Below, piece after piece: positions 1 to 13,400 of a stretch of 64,000 bases of DNA. The translations under genes and the position numbers were made by a program. The number at the start of each line of letters is the position of its first letter. Positions within the stretch are counted from its first letter, which is position 1. The DNA is taken from positions 6,448,001 to 6,512,000 of the forward strand of contig CM120640.1 of assembly GCA_051362555.1 (NCBI GenBank), in the 5' to 3' direction. Origin of the DNA: Lingula anatina (taxonomy: Eukaryota > Animalia > Brachiopoda). The notes beneath the pieces were generated by a model, which worked only from the letters and a program-made list of their open reading frames with translations, had not been told where the DNA came from and did not search any database.

Positions 1-1090
1 TTGCTATAGGGGTTTTAACTATTTTTTATCCCCCTTTCACAAGTTCTCCAGACATTTGCTTCTTGCTGTTAAGTGGCTCTGTCAAACGCTTGCTCCATTT
101 AGGGGACTCTTTTTAATTATCGACAGACTTTTAAGTTGTCCATCTTTCAAAGTGTACCAGTGCAGCCTTACTGCTAAAGAGCACTGCCCAATAGAAAAAG
201 GGACTAAGATTGCAAGATATCCTTAATATCAGTTTGACTGTTTCTTAGGCCGCATTCATAGCAGCAGAGTAACTACTAGTAGTTTAATATGTCAAATATG
301 GCCGCCCACTTAAAATCCCCTAATAGACACTGAGTAGACGATTGCCCAACATGCATTCAAGTGCGTTGGCAAAATTCGATCCATCGATCTGATAGTCTGC
401 TGTTGTGAATGCGTCCTTACTCCCATTGTAAACAGTCCTGTGTCTCCTTATGTTAGAATGCTTATAGAATTAAAAGTAGTGTTTTTATGAATATTGTGGT
501 TATAGTATTCATCTGAAGACTACCTTTCTTAACATCAGCTTGTTTGTGCATTATTCTATGTAATTTAGTTGCTTTCTTTGTAATATTTTTGTTAGATTTA
601 TGTACAAAATTAAATCTTTGCTTTTATTTTCTTTTAATTACTTATTTGTAATTTATGTCTTTTTGTCTTCATTGTTTTATTTTATATTGCCATGTTAAAT
701 TGAATATATACAAAAAAAGTGGTGAGCATAAAAACTTAAACCACTCGATACAAAGTTATAAAATGTTAGGTTGCTTAAACATAAGCATCTTTACCCAATG
801 CATTGCTTACCATTATAGTTTTAAAAAGGGTGCTTATATTGACTTTTTAAATGTTCATTTTTTAAGGAATATGTTAAACTATTGGTTTGTTTTGTACATG
901 TTTATAATGGATGGTCATTTTACAACTGCTGTAAAGAACACAAACTGTCTTAACTGTAACTGTATTTTCTTCATAGTTTTTAACTGAAAGTCAGTCTTAA
1001 TCTAAATAAAAATGGCACAATCTGACGCTGGTCAAAGATTGATGCTGTCTTGTTACTGTCAGACATGTTTTTAGAGTCCTTATCAATAAA
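1..1090 (+). other. probable 3' UTR/terminal region of an upstream gene
   Basis: U-rich, CpG-poor sequence with AATAAA at 1005-1010 and 1085-1090. Composition becomes CpG-rich shortly afterwards. No coding exon is visible. Confidence 0.35.
248..416. mobile_element. PIF/Harbinger-like MITE
   Basis: Imperfect TIRs GGCCGCATTCATAGCAGCAGA ... TCTGCTGTTGTGAATGCGTCC, flanked on both sides by TTA (3-bp TWA target-site duplication). Confidence 0.75.
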
Positions 1091-1338
1091 CAGACATTTT
1101 AATGTTAGATGCAAGAAGAAAAAAAATATTATTGACTTACTGAAATCTCAGAAAAATATGTTGACTTTCGTATTTTTCGGTACTTTTGATATTTGATACT
1201 TTCAGTGACATTACACTAGCGTACAGTGAAAAATAACAATTGTAAAAACTATGGGAATAAGGTTAAAATCTTAGATGGAAAACATGTTCACATATGTCAT
1301 AGGGCACTTTCAAAACAAGTTGATCCTCGGACTAACAG

Positions 1339-1463
1339 ATCCGCGGATCAGATGTGGCTGACCCACTTGAAAGCTTGCTGCATAATCTCCAAATAGACAG
1401 TGAAGATTACCCGCGGGGATTTGTGGTAAGCTTTCAAGCGGGTCGACCATATTTGATCTGCAG
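1339..1463. repeat. long imperfect inverted repeat (decayed MITE or hairpin)
   Basis: ~50-nt arms TCCGCGGATCAGATGTGGCTGACCCACTTGAAAGCTT... and ...AAGCTTTCAAGCGGGTCGACCATATTTGATCTGCAGA are reverse-complementary, with mostly transition mismatches. Confidence 0.7.
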
Positions 1464-2405
1464 AGGAATGGGGGGATTGAGTGTCACAGAAGGGGGGTGG
1501 GCAAATGTTAGGGGATGGTAGGTGAGTAATCAGGACTTGAAAATATAGATTGTACACAGATGAATTGGCAGCCATGAAATACTTCAGTGAAGGCAAGATG
1601 GAGCGGGGGAGTGTAATCGATATAAAAAAGGTCAGGGGAAGGCGCTCTTATAAGAAGAACTTTGGGATTTTACCTTGGGAAATCTTGGGGAGATGGGTAT
1701 GCGGCGAAGACTTTAAACGTTTTAAGAAGTCATGTTGGGCAGTACACTTAATTAACAACCACAAGAGTATCGAAACTGATCGTAGGTTGTAAGAATTTTG
1801 TGAATCGTTCGAAAAAAATGTGCTGTGACTGTTTAATAGCCATCTGATAGCGTAGTGTTGACATACTAATAGAGCGCTGACATTCCGTGGAAAGCTGTGC
1901 AGTGTAGGGAATTCTGGCTAGTCTAGTCACGAGTACCGACAAAATAATCTGTAAAAATACCATATATATCATAACACGCGTTTGAGACTGGTCTTAATGT
2001 ATGTGTCGTTTTCTTCGGGACTTTGCAAGTTTTTTTTTTATTATTAATTTTTTTTTTGTCAAAATTACGTAGCTCAGTGCGATCTGATGTCCATACGGGC
2101 CATTTCTTCTCTCCTCTCTCTCTCTCTCTCGTGCAGTATCGTAGCTGCACCACCTGCGTGTGCTCTTTTTTTTTTAAAGTGATGTCTCGTTGGCATAGAT
2201 CGTTATCGTCCTTGTAATTTTTTTCTGTTAGTTTTTATCGTCGCAGCTGCAAGATGTTTGGTCTTTTGTGCTTTTCAAATGAAGACTGTTGAATTGACGG
2301 AATGATATATTTTTGACGCAAAAAAAGAAAGAAACCACTCTATTGATATTATTTTAACCATTTTGGATTTGCAGCCGCATTCAGACGAAATATTTCGGTA
2401 TCTAC

Positions 2406-2407
<2 letters not shown>

Positions 2408-2456
<49 letters not shown>

Positions 2457-2460
2457 TTTT
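2408..2460. repeat. (TA)n followed by poly(T)
   Basis: Directly visible. Confidence 0.95.
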
Positions 2461-5380
2461 CCCTAACGTTTACCAGCACACAGTGCGTCTGTCGCTTGTT
2501 GCAACTTGCGTGATTACTGCAGTAAGTATAATTAATGAATTTGAGCGGGAAAATCAAATCCACGAACTCGCTTCGCAGAGGAAGCTTTTTTCAAATAGAG
2601 CGCTCCTATTTGTGTTTCGCTGTGGCATGAGAGGGGGGTTTTCTGCAGACATATCTAGAGTGGCATGAAAAATACTTGTTGAAGCAAGTACTGAACCATT
2701 TGTTAAGGTATTATATAGAATTAACCTCAGTCACATCTTAGACATAAATTACAAATAATTCGTTATTATGTCCAAGGTCACATCGTCTGTTTGGCTGAAG
2801 TTGTTTCTTTGGGATTGTGATCACTGAATATAGGATACTCCTGTCTTTTCTAATTCGTAGAGCCCTAAATAATGTATTTATCCACATCCAGTATGTCACT
2901 TATACAACATAAATACCGCGCCCCCAAGCTTATCACGAGGATATTACCCACGGTTGATGACGAGTAATGAAGACAAGTGATTATCAAAACGTGTTTCTTC
3001 CCCAGAAGAAAACTAAAAGCATGTGAACTAAAATTGCACCGCAATTAAAGGTGAGATAGTAAATAATATTAGGTAGACAGCAGCGGAGTAGGATCTTGTA
3101 CAATTTTTAGCGAAGCACAATAAAGAATCCTGAGAGGCCACACCATGTAAACCACAGCAGAATTCCAGGACATGCTGTCACGTGTGGCACCTTTTTTTTC
3201 TCCCCTTACTGGGGCAGCATCCAGGTACGCGGAATTATACCGAGATTTCTCGGTGTTGACAGGATTACATTTAACGGGACATACTCGACATCGATTGCAT
3301 GAATTTATGGGCTTGGGGAACTTCATCTTTATGAAGATAGCAAAATGATGAATATGCGATTCAGCTTTAATTTGCCGCAAAATATCCCTGTTATTCAGAC
3401 ACGCACTTCTGGGTAATAAACACAATTTTCTTTCTGTATCATATTCGTCAAATCCGTTCCGTTCGAGGGATCCAAAAAAAGTAAGATGAAAAAATCCAGC
3501 GTATTCTAAGGCATAACAAGGGATGGGCTTGAACTTTGAAGTGAAGGAATGTTTTGTGACTTCTACGTAAGCACGCTGGCGTTTCTTTTCTTTTGTTCTT
3601 TTATTTGGCCGATTTTGTGCAATTAACCAAGTGTTTATGAAGTGAAAATGAAGTAAATTTGACAACTCTTTACCCCACCTTCGTTCCTGTACACCTTTTT
3701 TTGCCAGGTCTCTCTGTGGTCCAATGAATTCTTAATGTTTTGTTGTGAGAAATACTTTAATTGAAAGCCGACCGAAAAGAAATATCTTGTGAAAAAAATT
3801 ACTATCTTGCATGTTCACGAGTTTCTTTCTTGAGAATTTAGGAAGTACGAAAATCTGGATAGAATTTTACTTAAATTTGATTTAAAAAACAACCTTTGAG
3901 GTGCTTCTAGTGCAAGTTTGTTTGCTTTTCCTCAGTTTCTACCTCATCTCTTTATTTACTGTATATAAACATACATATATTTATATTAACACTGCATATC
4001 TGTCGAGTGTGTAGATATAAGTTCTGCGGGCGGGAATTCCTACAGTTTGGAATACGTTTTATGAATGAAAACCACCGCGTGACTGTTACTGTCAGAGGCA
4101 ATGAAGGAGCGCTATTCAACGGTAGCCGAGCCCTACTGGTTGTCGCTCTCTTTTTCTAACAACTTTCTTCCTTTTCAATCCTTAGTCGCACAAGAGAAGT
4201 GGTGACGTACCCAGCATGAAGGGATGTAATGCAGTTGGATTTACACGAACAACAAAAACTTCACGTCAAGTTTGGGGTTAGTAGGAGGGACACACGGGTC
4301 TTTTTGTCGTGTGCGAGTTTTTTATGTGGAACTTGATTAACTCTCTCGTGAGTGACCGCTACAATTGATAGCGACAGTGTCACTGCGCCGTTTCCTTTCT
4401 GTGTGTCTACTAAGATCACGGGTCACTCTGATCGTCTGGTTTAACGGGACACCCATGTTCAAAAACGGAATTTTTCTTCCAAAAATATAGAGCCATGTGC
4501 GAATGCTCGCCTTTCATAACTTTGTATAGGACTTTGGACCTTTTTAACTACTTTAAATATCACTTCACAAGTAAATGATTATGAAATGAGCCGAAATATA
4601 CGAAATTACAAACAATATTTTCGTCGGCAAGAAAACGTGAGCGTCATGTTAAGATAGGTCGATTTGATTTCAGTCATCAATTAAACAAAAACCCCAACTG
4701 CATTGGGGTCTCAGAATATTTAATTCGTTAATTTTATTTATTTACCAAGTACATGTGGTTCGCCGATCTATTTCTAACCCTTAAAAATATTACATTTTCC
4801 GGAGCGACACGGTAACAAGCACGGCGATTGTTGCCATGATTCTGCTATGAAAGTGTATAATAATATCTAATTCTGCCACCTGTTGGAGTATGGGGAGCTG
4901 GTATGAAAAAGAAAATAAAGTCGTGAGCTTTGATATGGCCTCTACCTCGGAACACATGCTTTAATGAGAAAAGAAATCTCACAGCTATTTCTCTTCCATC
5001 GGCGTTTCCATCGGTATGATTGTTTGAGATTTCGGGTTAGCGACCTTGGCTTTTACTTTCTGCTTTCGATTAAGCTTGGTTAGTTATAGCTTGATCAGTA
5101 ATGATCGTCAACAGTCGGAGGGTGAAATTCCTGACCTATTGTTTCTTTTATGGTAACACATCCAATATGAGGCAGATACTCGACTGCAAAAACGCTCCTC
5201 TCTCATTGCTTTTCTGTTTTCTTCCTTTACGCTTCTTTCCCGGGGCGATGCCGAAGTACATGCGCTCGTGCGACGGTATATGCACGTGAGGTGAAAGAGA
5301 TGCCTCAGTGGGGTGGATGGACTGTTTTTGTTTTTGACACAGAACGCTTCACACAGAATCCAAATCTTTACATGGGAGAC

Positions 5381-5441
5381 TGTGTGTGTTTATGTATGTG
5401 CGCGCGCGTGCGTGCGTGTGTGTGTGTGTGTGTGTCTGTGT
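5381..5441. repeat. alternating purine-pyrimidine (TG)n/(CG)n microsatellite
   Basis: tgtgcgcgcgcgtgcgtgcgtgtgtgtgtgtgtgtgtg. Confidence 0.9.
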
Positions 5442-7173
5442 GTTCCGGTTCGTTGCGGGATACCAGTCTGGTTGCATTGAGCAAGTGGGTCACAAACTAT
5501 ATGCCATTGTCAAATTAAAGCATGATTAGCGTACTAAGTACAACGTTTAGTTTAAACGGCGTTTCTGTAGCCAATCAAAGGGGCGTACTAGTTTTTTAAA
5601 GCTACATGTATATGTTGGTGAAAAAATGCATTAATTGAATGATGCTAGAAAATTCAATATTTCGGTTGGGGGGAGGTGTATTATTACAAAATAAGATAAA
5701 TGGACTTTCATTTCGGTTCCCCGATGAAATTGGCATGTGCGATGTTATTGTTGTTGTTTTCACAGATCTCTCCTTGTAAGTAGAGCCTTCTCGTGGTGCA
5801 CTGAACACCCTAGCTAGTTTTCTGGAAGATCCGATCCTCCGTGTTGCGTCGGTCTGGCCCATTCCCCGTCGTATAGTGCAGAAACTTTGAAGTCCGGGCA
5901 ATTCCACGCTGTGCCGTCACATCGTATTATACCAGTCGTGGAACAAATTAACGTCTCCTTTAGTCCGCTGTTGCGGTATTTTACAAAACGCTGTAACAAG
6001 ATATATTCTAGTAAATCTTAAGCCAGTTGTAACCAGAAATTTCTAGAAATTACGTGCTTTTTGTTAAGTAATACATATCACCAATTATTTCCCACAACAT
6101 TTTCCAGCGTAAGCTACTGTTTTTATTGAACTCTTTTTCTGACTTTTGGATTGATTTGACTATTTTGACATTGACTATTTTGTTTTTGGTACCAATTTCG
6201 ATGTTTTCCTTGTGCACGCGCCCATGTCTCACCACAACGTGTTTCTCGTGCCTTTTTGTTTCTGAAATACGCATCCTATTTTACGCTAAGTTTCTTTTTT
6301 CTCTGAGAATGATTGGCACCTCCTTCCGGGAAGAAGATTCTTAAGGATCAAGTGTACTCGCCTTTTCTCTTAGTTTGTGAATGATTGATAAGCGAGGAGA
6401 TTGTAATGTGTTTGCTGTCACTCTTAATGCTATAAGCCCTATACCATCTAAATTGTAGAAAAGATTCCGTTTTGAGTTATGGTTGTTTTAAAGTGTCAAA
6501 GTGTAATGTCTCGCAATAGGAAACGCATTTTCTTCTGGTCGACCGCTTTGTTATTGTCTGTTTCAAGACACCGCGTTACAGGAAATCATTTCGGCAAGAA
6601 TCACAATGTTTTTGTTTTGAAGCGCCGTGTGTGTAAACATGGGTACTATTAGATCGCACGATTTCAACAACGGCTCATTTTGGCGGCCTGTTGGTAGAGG
6701 CTGATTGAATTTTAGCGACTGAAGCAGTCGGAAAGGGGCGTTGTTATTAGCTTCATTGGGCCGTTCTGCTAACGAACATGTGGCAATTGAAAACCTGGTT
6801 TGTTTCCCGTTTCTGGTCCAGTTTAAATGTAACTTCCTGGTCCTGATCTCGGGATTTGTTTTTTTTTTTTACTTTTCAAAAAAACATCATATTCTAGTAA
6901 GTCAAACGTTTATTTACTGATCTCGGTCACGTAGTACCTCCCACCCCTCGCCAGTTGTGGTGAATGGAATCGCCCGTTCACATGAATATCCTAGTGAGGC
7001 GTTTTGATACAGGCATTTCATATTCACTCTGGATACGATACGGAATGTATGAAAATGATTTGTAGTTTCTTGATAAGAAAGGTACGTATATTGAATGGGT
7101 GATGAGTTTTGGGGATATTGTAACTTTTTAGAAGCGTTTTTTTTTTTGTTAAAAAGAAGCAAATTATGAAAAT

Positions 7174-7246
7174 ATCAGGTTAGATCAATCTGTTTTGAAC
7201 AAGAAACAGATTGATCAGGTTAGATCAATCTGTTTCTTGTTCAAAA
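7174..7246. repeat. overlapping direct repeat and perfect 24-bp palindrome
   Basis: Arms 7193-7216 and 7223-7246 are exact reverse complements around the loop AGGTTA. ATCAGGTTAGATCAATCTGTTT is directly repeated at 7174 and 7214. Confidence 0.9.
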
Positions 7247-7416
7247 TCTCACTTTTTGAAGGGGATTTATTTCCTATAAGCATTCTAGTATCTTTGCCTC
7301 GTTTTTATAACTAGTGCCGGAATAGCGAAGTGGAATCTCTGAGAAGTTAATTATCTTTGAAATGAACCATCGATGCGTTCTTTCATCCGCTTGTTAGTTC
7401 AAGTGGAGTGCACCTG

Positions 7417-7421
7417 CTCTC

Positions 7422-7465
<44 letters not shown>
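7417..7465. repeat. (CT)n microsatellite
   Basis: Directly visible. Confidence 0.95.
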
Positions 7466-7468
<3 letters not shown>

Positions 7469-10400
7469 AACTGTTTAAGTGGGTCACGCTAGGTCAGGAA
7501 AGCACTTCAAAACTATAACAATCGATATCCTAAACCGGATCGGTGTTGAAAAGTTTAAAGTATCGTCTTTTAACAATTTGTTTGTTTAGAAGATCAGTGG
7601 TTTATTTTCATAGCTATTACAAGTTAACGAGGCGCGGATTGCTCGTCTTTCAACACTTGGGTTAACAGGATTGACTTAGGATGAACTCCTTGCCGCGAAA
7701 TATGTGTTTAATTGAGTGCAATTCATTAAGAGGCCACGGAATGACGGGAGTGATAATTAATAGGCAGCTTGGCTGTCAGCTGTGTGAGAGAGAGGCGGAA
7801 GTGGGTTGGCCACACATGCGTTACTCTGAACTCTGACGTACGTCTTCACAGAGCTGCTTCGGCGAGGAAATAATAGTGATAAGAAATAGAAGTGAATGCG
7901 ATGTTAATTGATCTTCTTCGCTATTTACTTTGTAATTAAACTTCCGGCAGTTTGAAACTTTGATCCGTAGATGAAAATATGAGTTTGTTCTATCTGACAG
8001 CCGTGTTTTCCCATTCAGAAGAAATCAGAGAAGCGTTATTTCGTAATAGAAGATACTGCATTCCTTTATATAGATAGTCGAAATCAGTTTCAAACAGAAA
8101 ATTTCGATAGGGAGCGGAGGTTTTATAACGCAAGTCAGGGCTAATTACGGCCAACAGTCCGCCTCGGGTCAGATAGAATTTACCACTAGATAGTTGATAC
8201 TGTCCACCTCCGGTCCAATACAGATTTCGTAATGTTTTTATATTTGGGTAACGTTGTGAGATCTCCGCCCCTCTCGTCTCCTCTTCGGCTCCTAAGGCGC
8301 GAATTAGCCGAACGCTGTGGTAGAGCTTCACCGCCGCTTACTCAACCAAGGGGCACTTGCTTGAGAAAAAAAAGCGCGCCCAGATTCAACCTTATGTTGA
8401 TCACGCGTGGCAGTAGATTTCTCCACTGTCAAAGCACAGTCATTAAAATGTTATTGATGAATTCTTATGACCGAATGTTTTAACTGCCAAATTTGATAAG
8501 TATTGGTTTTTAAAGGTATGTATTAGTAAAGTGCTTCTAAGCGCAAGGAAAAACTGGATATCAGGCCTGTAATTCAAGTCTTTTTAAGTAATTAGCCACA
8601 AGTGAAGCAAGATTTTCCACTTGTCTAGTAGATTTTTCATGGCTTTGAGATCAATGGCATATGTTTCAACGCGATCAAACCGAGTGCATTCAGTCTTATG
8701 ATCAGATTTTATTTGCCGTTATAACGCACTTGGTGAGTAAGTGAAGCCGAGTTTAAGATGCATGGAAACGCTTCTGCGTCGGAAAGGTCGAGACTCATTG
8801 GGCAGGGGTAGGCAATCTTCGCTCTCCTCGTTATTGCCTTTTGACTTTCCGCGGGTGGGAATCAGACGGCAGGGACCTTTGCAGGGAGGGAAAACATCTT
8901 AGACAAAAAACAAAACAACGTCTGTAGTTTCTGCTAAATTTAATTCAATTCAAATGAACTTTAGGGAAAGAGAGAAAAAAAGAAGGTATTTTAAAAGGCA
9001 CTGCCAAGTATCGTCATAACCAGTCGCTGTTCTGAACTGGTATGAAACGGGCGGTACAATTTTTTCGAGGGTGCATGTCGCAAATGCCGCCGGTCTGACA
9101 TACTCAATACAGCATATTGTGGGAGTTCAACTCCTATGAGTGCATTTCTCTGGGAGTGTAACGTTTTGAATTTCCTCGAATACCAGGGGAAACACGTGGG
9201 GTTTTGCAGAGTGCGTTTCATCACATTTCAGGTTGATCTCCGGAGTGACCTGAATGTTTTTAGCATGCTGTCATGGCATTCAACCGTCCCTTATTGTCAC
9301 CCACACATGTAATTGTTGTTGATGTCTTGTGTCACCAGCAAGACAGCTGTCGTTTGCTTGTCCACTGATCATTTCCGTGTTCACGCCTAATGGACTAAAC
9401 AGCGCCATTTTATTTTTAAACGTTTTTAAAACATTTAGTTGATTTTCCTCGGGCAATGGAAAAATCTGATTCTTTCTCTTCGGGGATACTTTAAATCTGA
9501 AGTTTGGCTTTTTTTTAAATGCGGCTCTTCCGTAATCCTTCCCGTTTAAATATAGCTACCATGGAGCCGGCGTTCTCCCATCGTCTTCAAGGTCAGGGGT
9601 AGAGAAAAGACCTCCAGAAATGTCAGGCGTTGGGAGTAATTCTCGTGAGTCTATTCGCACTCGTAAACCCACATATGTGTCGAGGCAGACTAGAGAAATA
9701 TTGTGTTTTTACGCGACTTGCCCGGACACACGGGGATAAAGATTGCTTGAATTTCATTCCCAGCGCTGTTGTAGTACTAGTTGTAGTAACGGTGTTGTGA
9801 TAACCGGTGTTGCTACATTTCTTCTCTAGTGTAACACGGGATATTATGTCTCCATTTCAGAGCCCGCCAGACTAGATCTAGGCTTACGTCCAAGGATTTG
9901 TATTACTAAAAAGAAGAGGATACATTGAGTACCGTAGCACAGTCGACTACAAGGTAAATGTTTTAGTTGTATAGTATCGCACTTTATTTTTCTTTGATTT
10001 TAAATGTATGTTTTAAGCCTCGTGTTGCAGCTATGTCAATTCTAGTGCTGGATGTAGGCCACGTACGGTTCTTCCTACAGTGGCAATGTAATCTTATGAT
10101 ATCACTTGAATCAAATATGCCATTTTTTATTTTACATTTCGTACAGTATCGGTGTGTAATAAAACGTTTTATTGTCGTTTCCGCTGAGAATTAAAAAAAA
10201 ACAGTTGTTAAAATTAGTTTTTTTTTTCTTCCGCAATTATCCTCTCGTGGTTGAGTGAATATTTACCACTGGTAAGCCTACTATATCACGGGCCGTGTCC
10301 CTCGTAGATCTTTTCTTGTTAGCGATTGCAGACACCTGCCGTTTCTACACCAAGCACTACATACATTATGTCAAGCTCTTGTTTCTCTCCCATTGACTAC

Positions 10401-13400
10401 TACACGTCCAACAAGCCAGCTGGGGTGCATTTATACTTTAAACACCTGAAAAAAGTCTGGACTCGCCTGTATCATCACATCAGCTTTGCCTGTACCACCT
10501 ATATTAATTGCTACGCTTATCTTCTAAGTGGGTTAAGCAGCCAACATGTACGACGAGCTAAAGGCTAGCATACGTTTAATAGCAGTAAAAAAAAGCCATG
10601 TATTTCTTGTACGGTATTTTCAGGGCAGAAATCGAAGTCATGTTCCAAAAATGTTACTAAAACAACGATTCCCAATACTAGTTAGCTGTGAAGATTGGGC
10701 AACATAAGTTTTGCTGTACTGAAAATGAACCAAATTCCACGCGGTTTGCCGACTGTGGTTCTGCGTCAATTTGATTTTTAAAAGGTTACCAGTGATTTGT
10801 TCCCTTTATTCCGTCACTTTCAAGTACGTTTGATAACATTTTATATTTAATTTCGATTAAATATGTAGTGAGAAATATGGGAAACTTGCGACAGAGCACG
10901 TTCAGGTGTAACATTGTGAGTATCTGACTGATGACTGCGCAATCACTTAGGCGGCTCTCAGACATTTTTGTCAATATTGCAAAAGGTTAAAGCAATTTTG
11001 AACCTCGTTTCGCAGGGGTGATCAGGAAGCGTCTTATCAGAACTGGAACCGAGTTTCAGTCATTAAGTTTTAATGCGCTTGTATTGCAGGTATGGTTTTC
11101 GCTAATCAGCATCCAGTAAAAATGTTCACAAAGGGCAAACGTCGATGTGGCCTGTGTTATGCTTATAGGGTCCCGACTTTTTTAGTCAGTCTTCAGTTCT
11201 TTCTTTGACACAGTTTTAACAAATGTATTCTACAAGCATCTATTTAAATAGTTTATTCCCTGTTTTAAGGGCGTATCAGTCGTTGGTTGACTGTGGTTTG
11301 AAAGACTCTTTATTACGAAAAATACGGGACGTTCATTTTCTTTCGGCAGCCGTATTTCTCTAGCTGCACTGCGTGTATTGTTCAGTATGCAACATTGCAA
11401 TACTGTCACGTGCATTAGGTGTCAGTCAGCTTACTAAAATACACTCTTGAGTCTAAACAATAACATTTATAGGAAATAGTTTGAGGGAAATGTAGTTCTG
11501 TTGCTTTTGTTTTGAAGTCACAAACATAATAATATTCTTTTTTTTGGGTGGTATTCACACGTCTTCAGTGCGCAGACGTCTTCTTCGGTTTGACATAATG
11601 GCGGGAATTTGAATTTTGATAAACTATTCTATTTCCTTCACTAAAAATTTCTCCGAAGTACAACGCGTGCGTAAAGAGAGTAATGGGTGTTATGGTTTTT
11701 CTTAAACACTGGTAAAAGATGTGAAAATGTCCATTGGACAGACGCTATAGCTTCCATTACTGCTGCTGACTTTCTGTTCGCTGAATGTGTCCGCAGTTTG
11801 TAATAGAGAGAATAATGCTCTTAAATGCTCGGTGTCAAGGTTTAAGTTCGTTTAAGGAAATCATATTTTCATTTCTATCTTACTCTTAGCTACGAGTAAT
11901 ACTCTGTCTCACACATAAGACAACCTGCGACCTAGGAGTTCTATATATTTAGCCACCTGTTGATGTTTTTCATAGCCAAATTTTCGTAATCACAAAAAAT
12001 TCAACGCAATTGTAAAATGTGTTTGTTTAGTATGATATCACTTTCTACAGTTCTAGCATGCAGTTGTTACACGTGCTAAAGTGCACGCACTTTGCTATGG
12101 GAGGTTAAGGGCGCACGATCTAAAACTCACGAAAATCACGCAAAGTTGCCGTAAAGATTAAGCCCTCACCATTATGCAGGTTATTTATAGAGGCTTTCGC
12201 AGCCTTTCCAAACTGTCTTGTTAAAAAACTCTTTTAAACTTCTCGCCAGCACGCGACTGAGAATTAACCTTCATTACCACGACAGATATTTATAGCTTTC
12301 AAATACCTGCCTTTCTCATACCTCTTACCATTTGACAATCAATGAAGTCCTTCTTTATCGGCGTTAAAAAACAAAATTGATACCATTCATTGATAATAAC
12401 GAAAGAAGTTGATGATCACACCAGAAGTATCTCTTACAGAGGAACAGCGGAAGCCAGCAATAAAAAATAAAGGATATGATTTATTCATCAAACCACACAG
12501 TAAGCCCTGTAACTAATTACCGTCTCATTCAACATTGTGAGGCCGGAGAGATGGTCTAAAGTCAACGTTTGTTCGTAACACTGCGGGTGCAAAGGAAGCA
12601 ATCACCACCTCATTAGATAGAAAAACAAAGCCCTTCTGCGCCGTGAACAGAACTGTGACAACCTGCCGGAAGGATATGGGGGGAAAAGATCGAGAAGAAA
12701 AAGTAAAGAAAACTTTGAGACAACAGCTCGAGAAAAAAGTGTAACAAAAAGTGAAGCTATTTGTAGAGTTTGTGCTTACGTTGCGGTTCGTTGTCATGGT
12801 GTCTAATAAAAGTGTCGATTGTTGAGACTTCGGGGCATGATGTTAAACTGATACACTCGAGGAATCAATCCCAGGAAGCACTTTATGTCACTGTGCCCTT
12901 GGTAGAAAGAACGAATGAAAACAAAATATATTTTAATCTGATAATTTGCAGGCTAAGGCTCTGATCGGTGGGTCACAGAATTATGGAATTAGTGGAAGGG
13001 TATTATCAAAGTACAATAGCAAGAAGCACGTGTTTCCTTTGGTGAGAAACTCGGTCGTTCACTGTTTAAAAAGTTTTTTTCTTTTCAAGATAAACAAACT
13101 CTTGACACTGTCTCCGTAGCATTGTGTGCCATTTCCTCATCCAATTACCGCATTAAGCGCCATTGCGTGCCTGTTTGTGGACGCAATTAGCTGCTCTCGA
13201 CTCGTGCTCAGACGTACGGCTTGTCGACCATTGATTAACACCCGACACTTAATCCTTGGTTAGCAGCAATACCGTCACCAACACAGGATTCATACGCACC
13301 TGTGTTTACCTGTATTGACATAAAAGAAAAGGAAGACGACATCTTTACTTTTGCCGAGAGGGGGCAGCACTTTCTATGGCTTCTATCGTTCGAGCCCATA

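Noticed and set aside
655-987. 110-aa ORF
   Set aside because: Low-complexity translation of U-rich, UTR-like sequence.
3069-3665. 198-aa minus-strand ORF
   Set aside because: Non-ATG start, no recognisable domain and no flanking exon chain. Likely a chance ORF.
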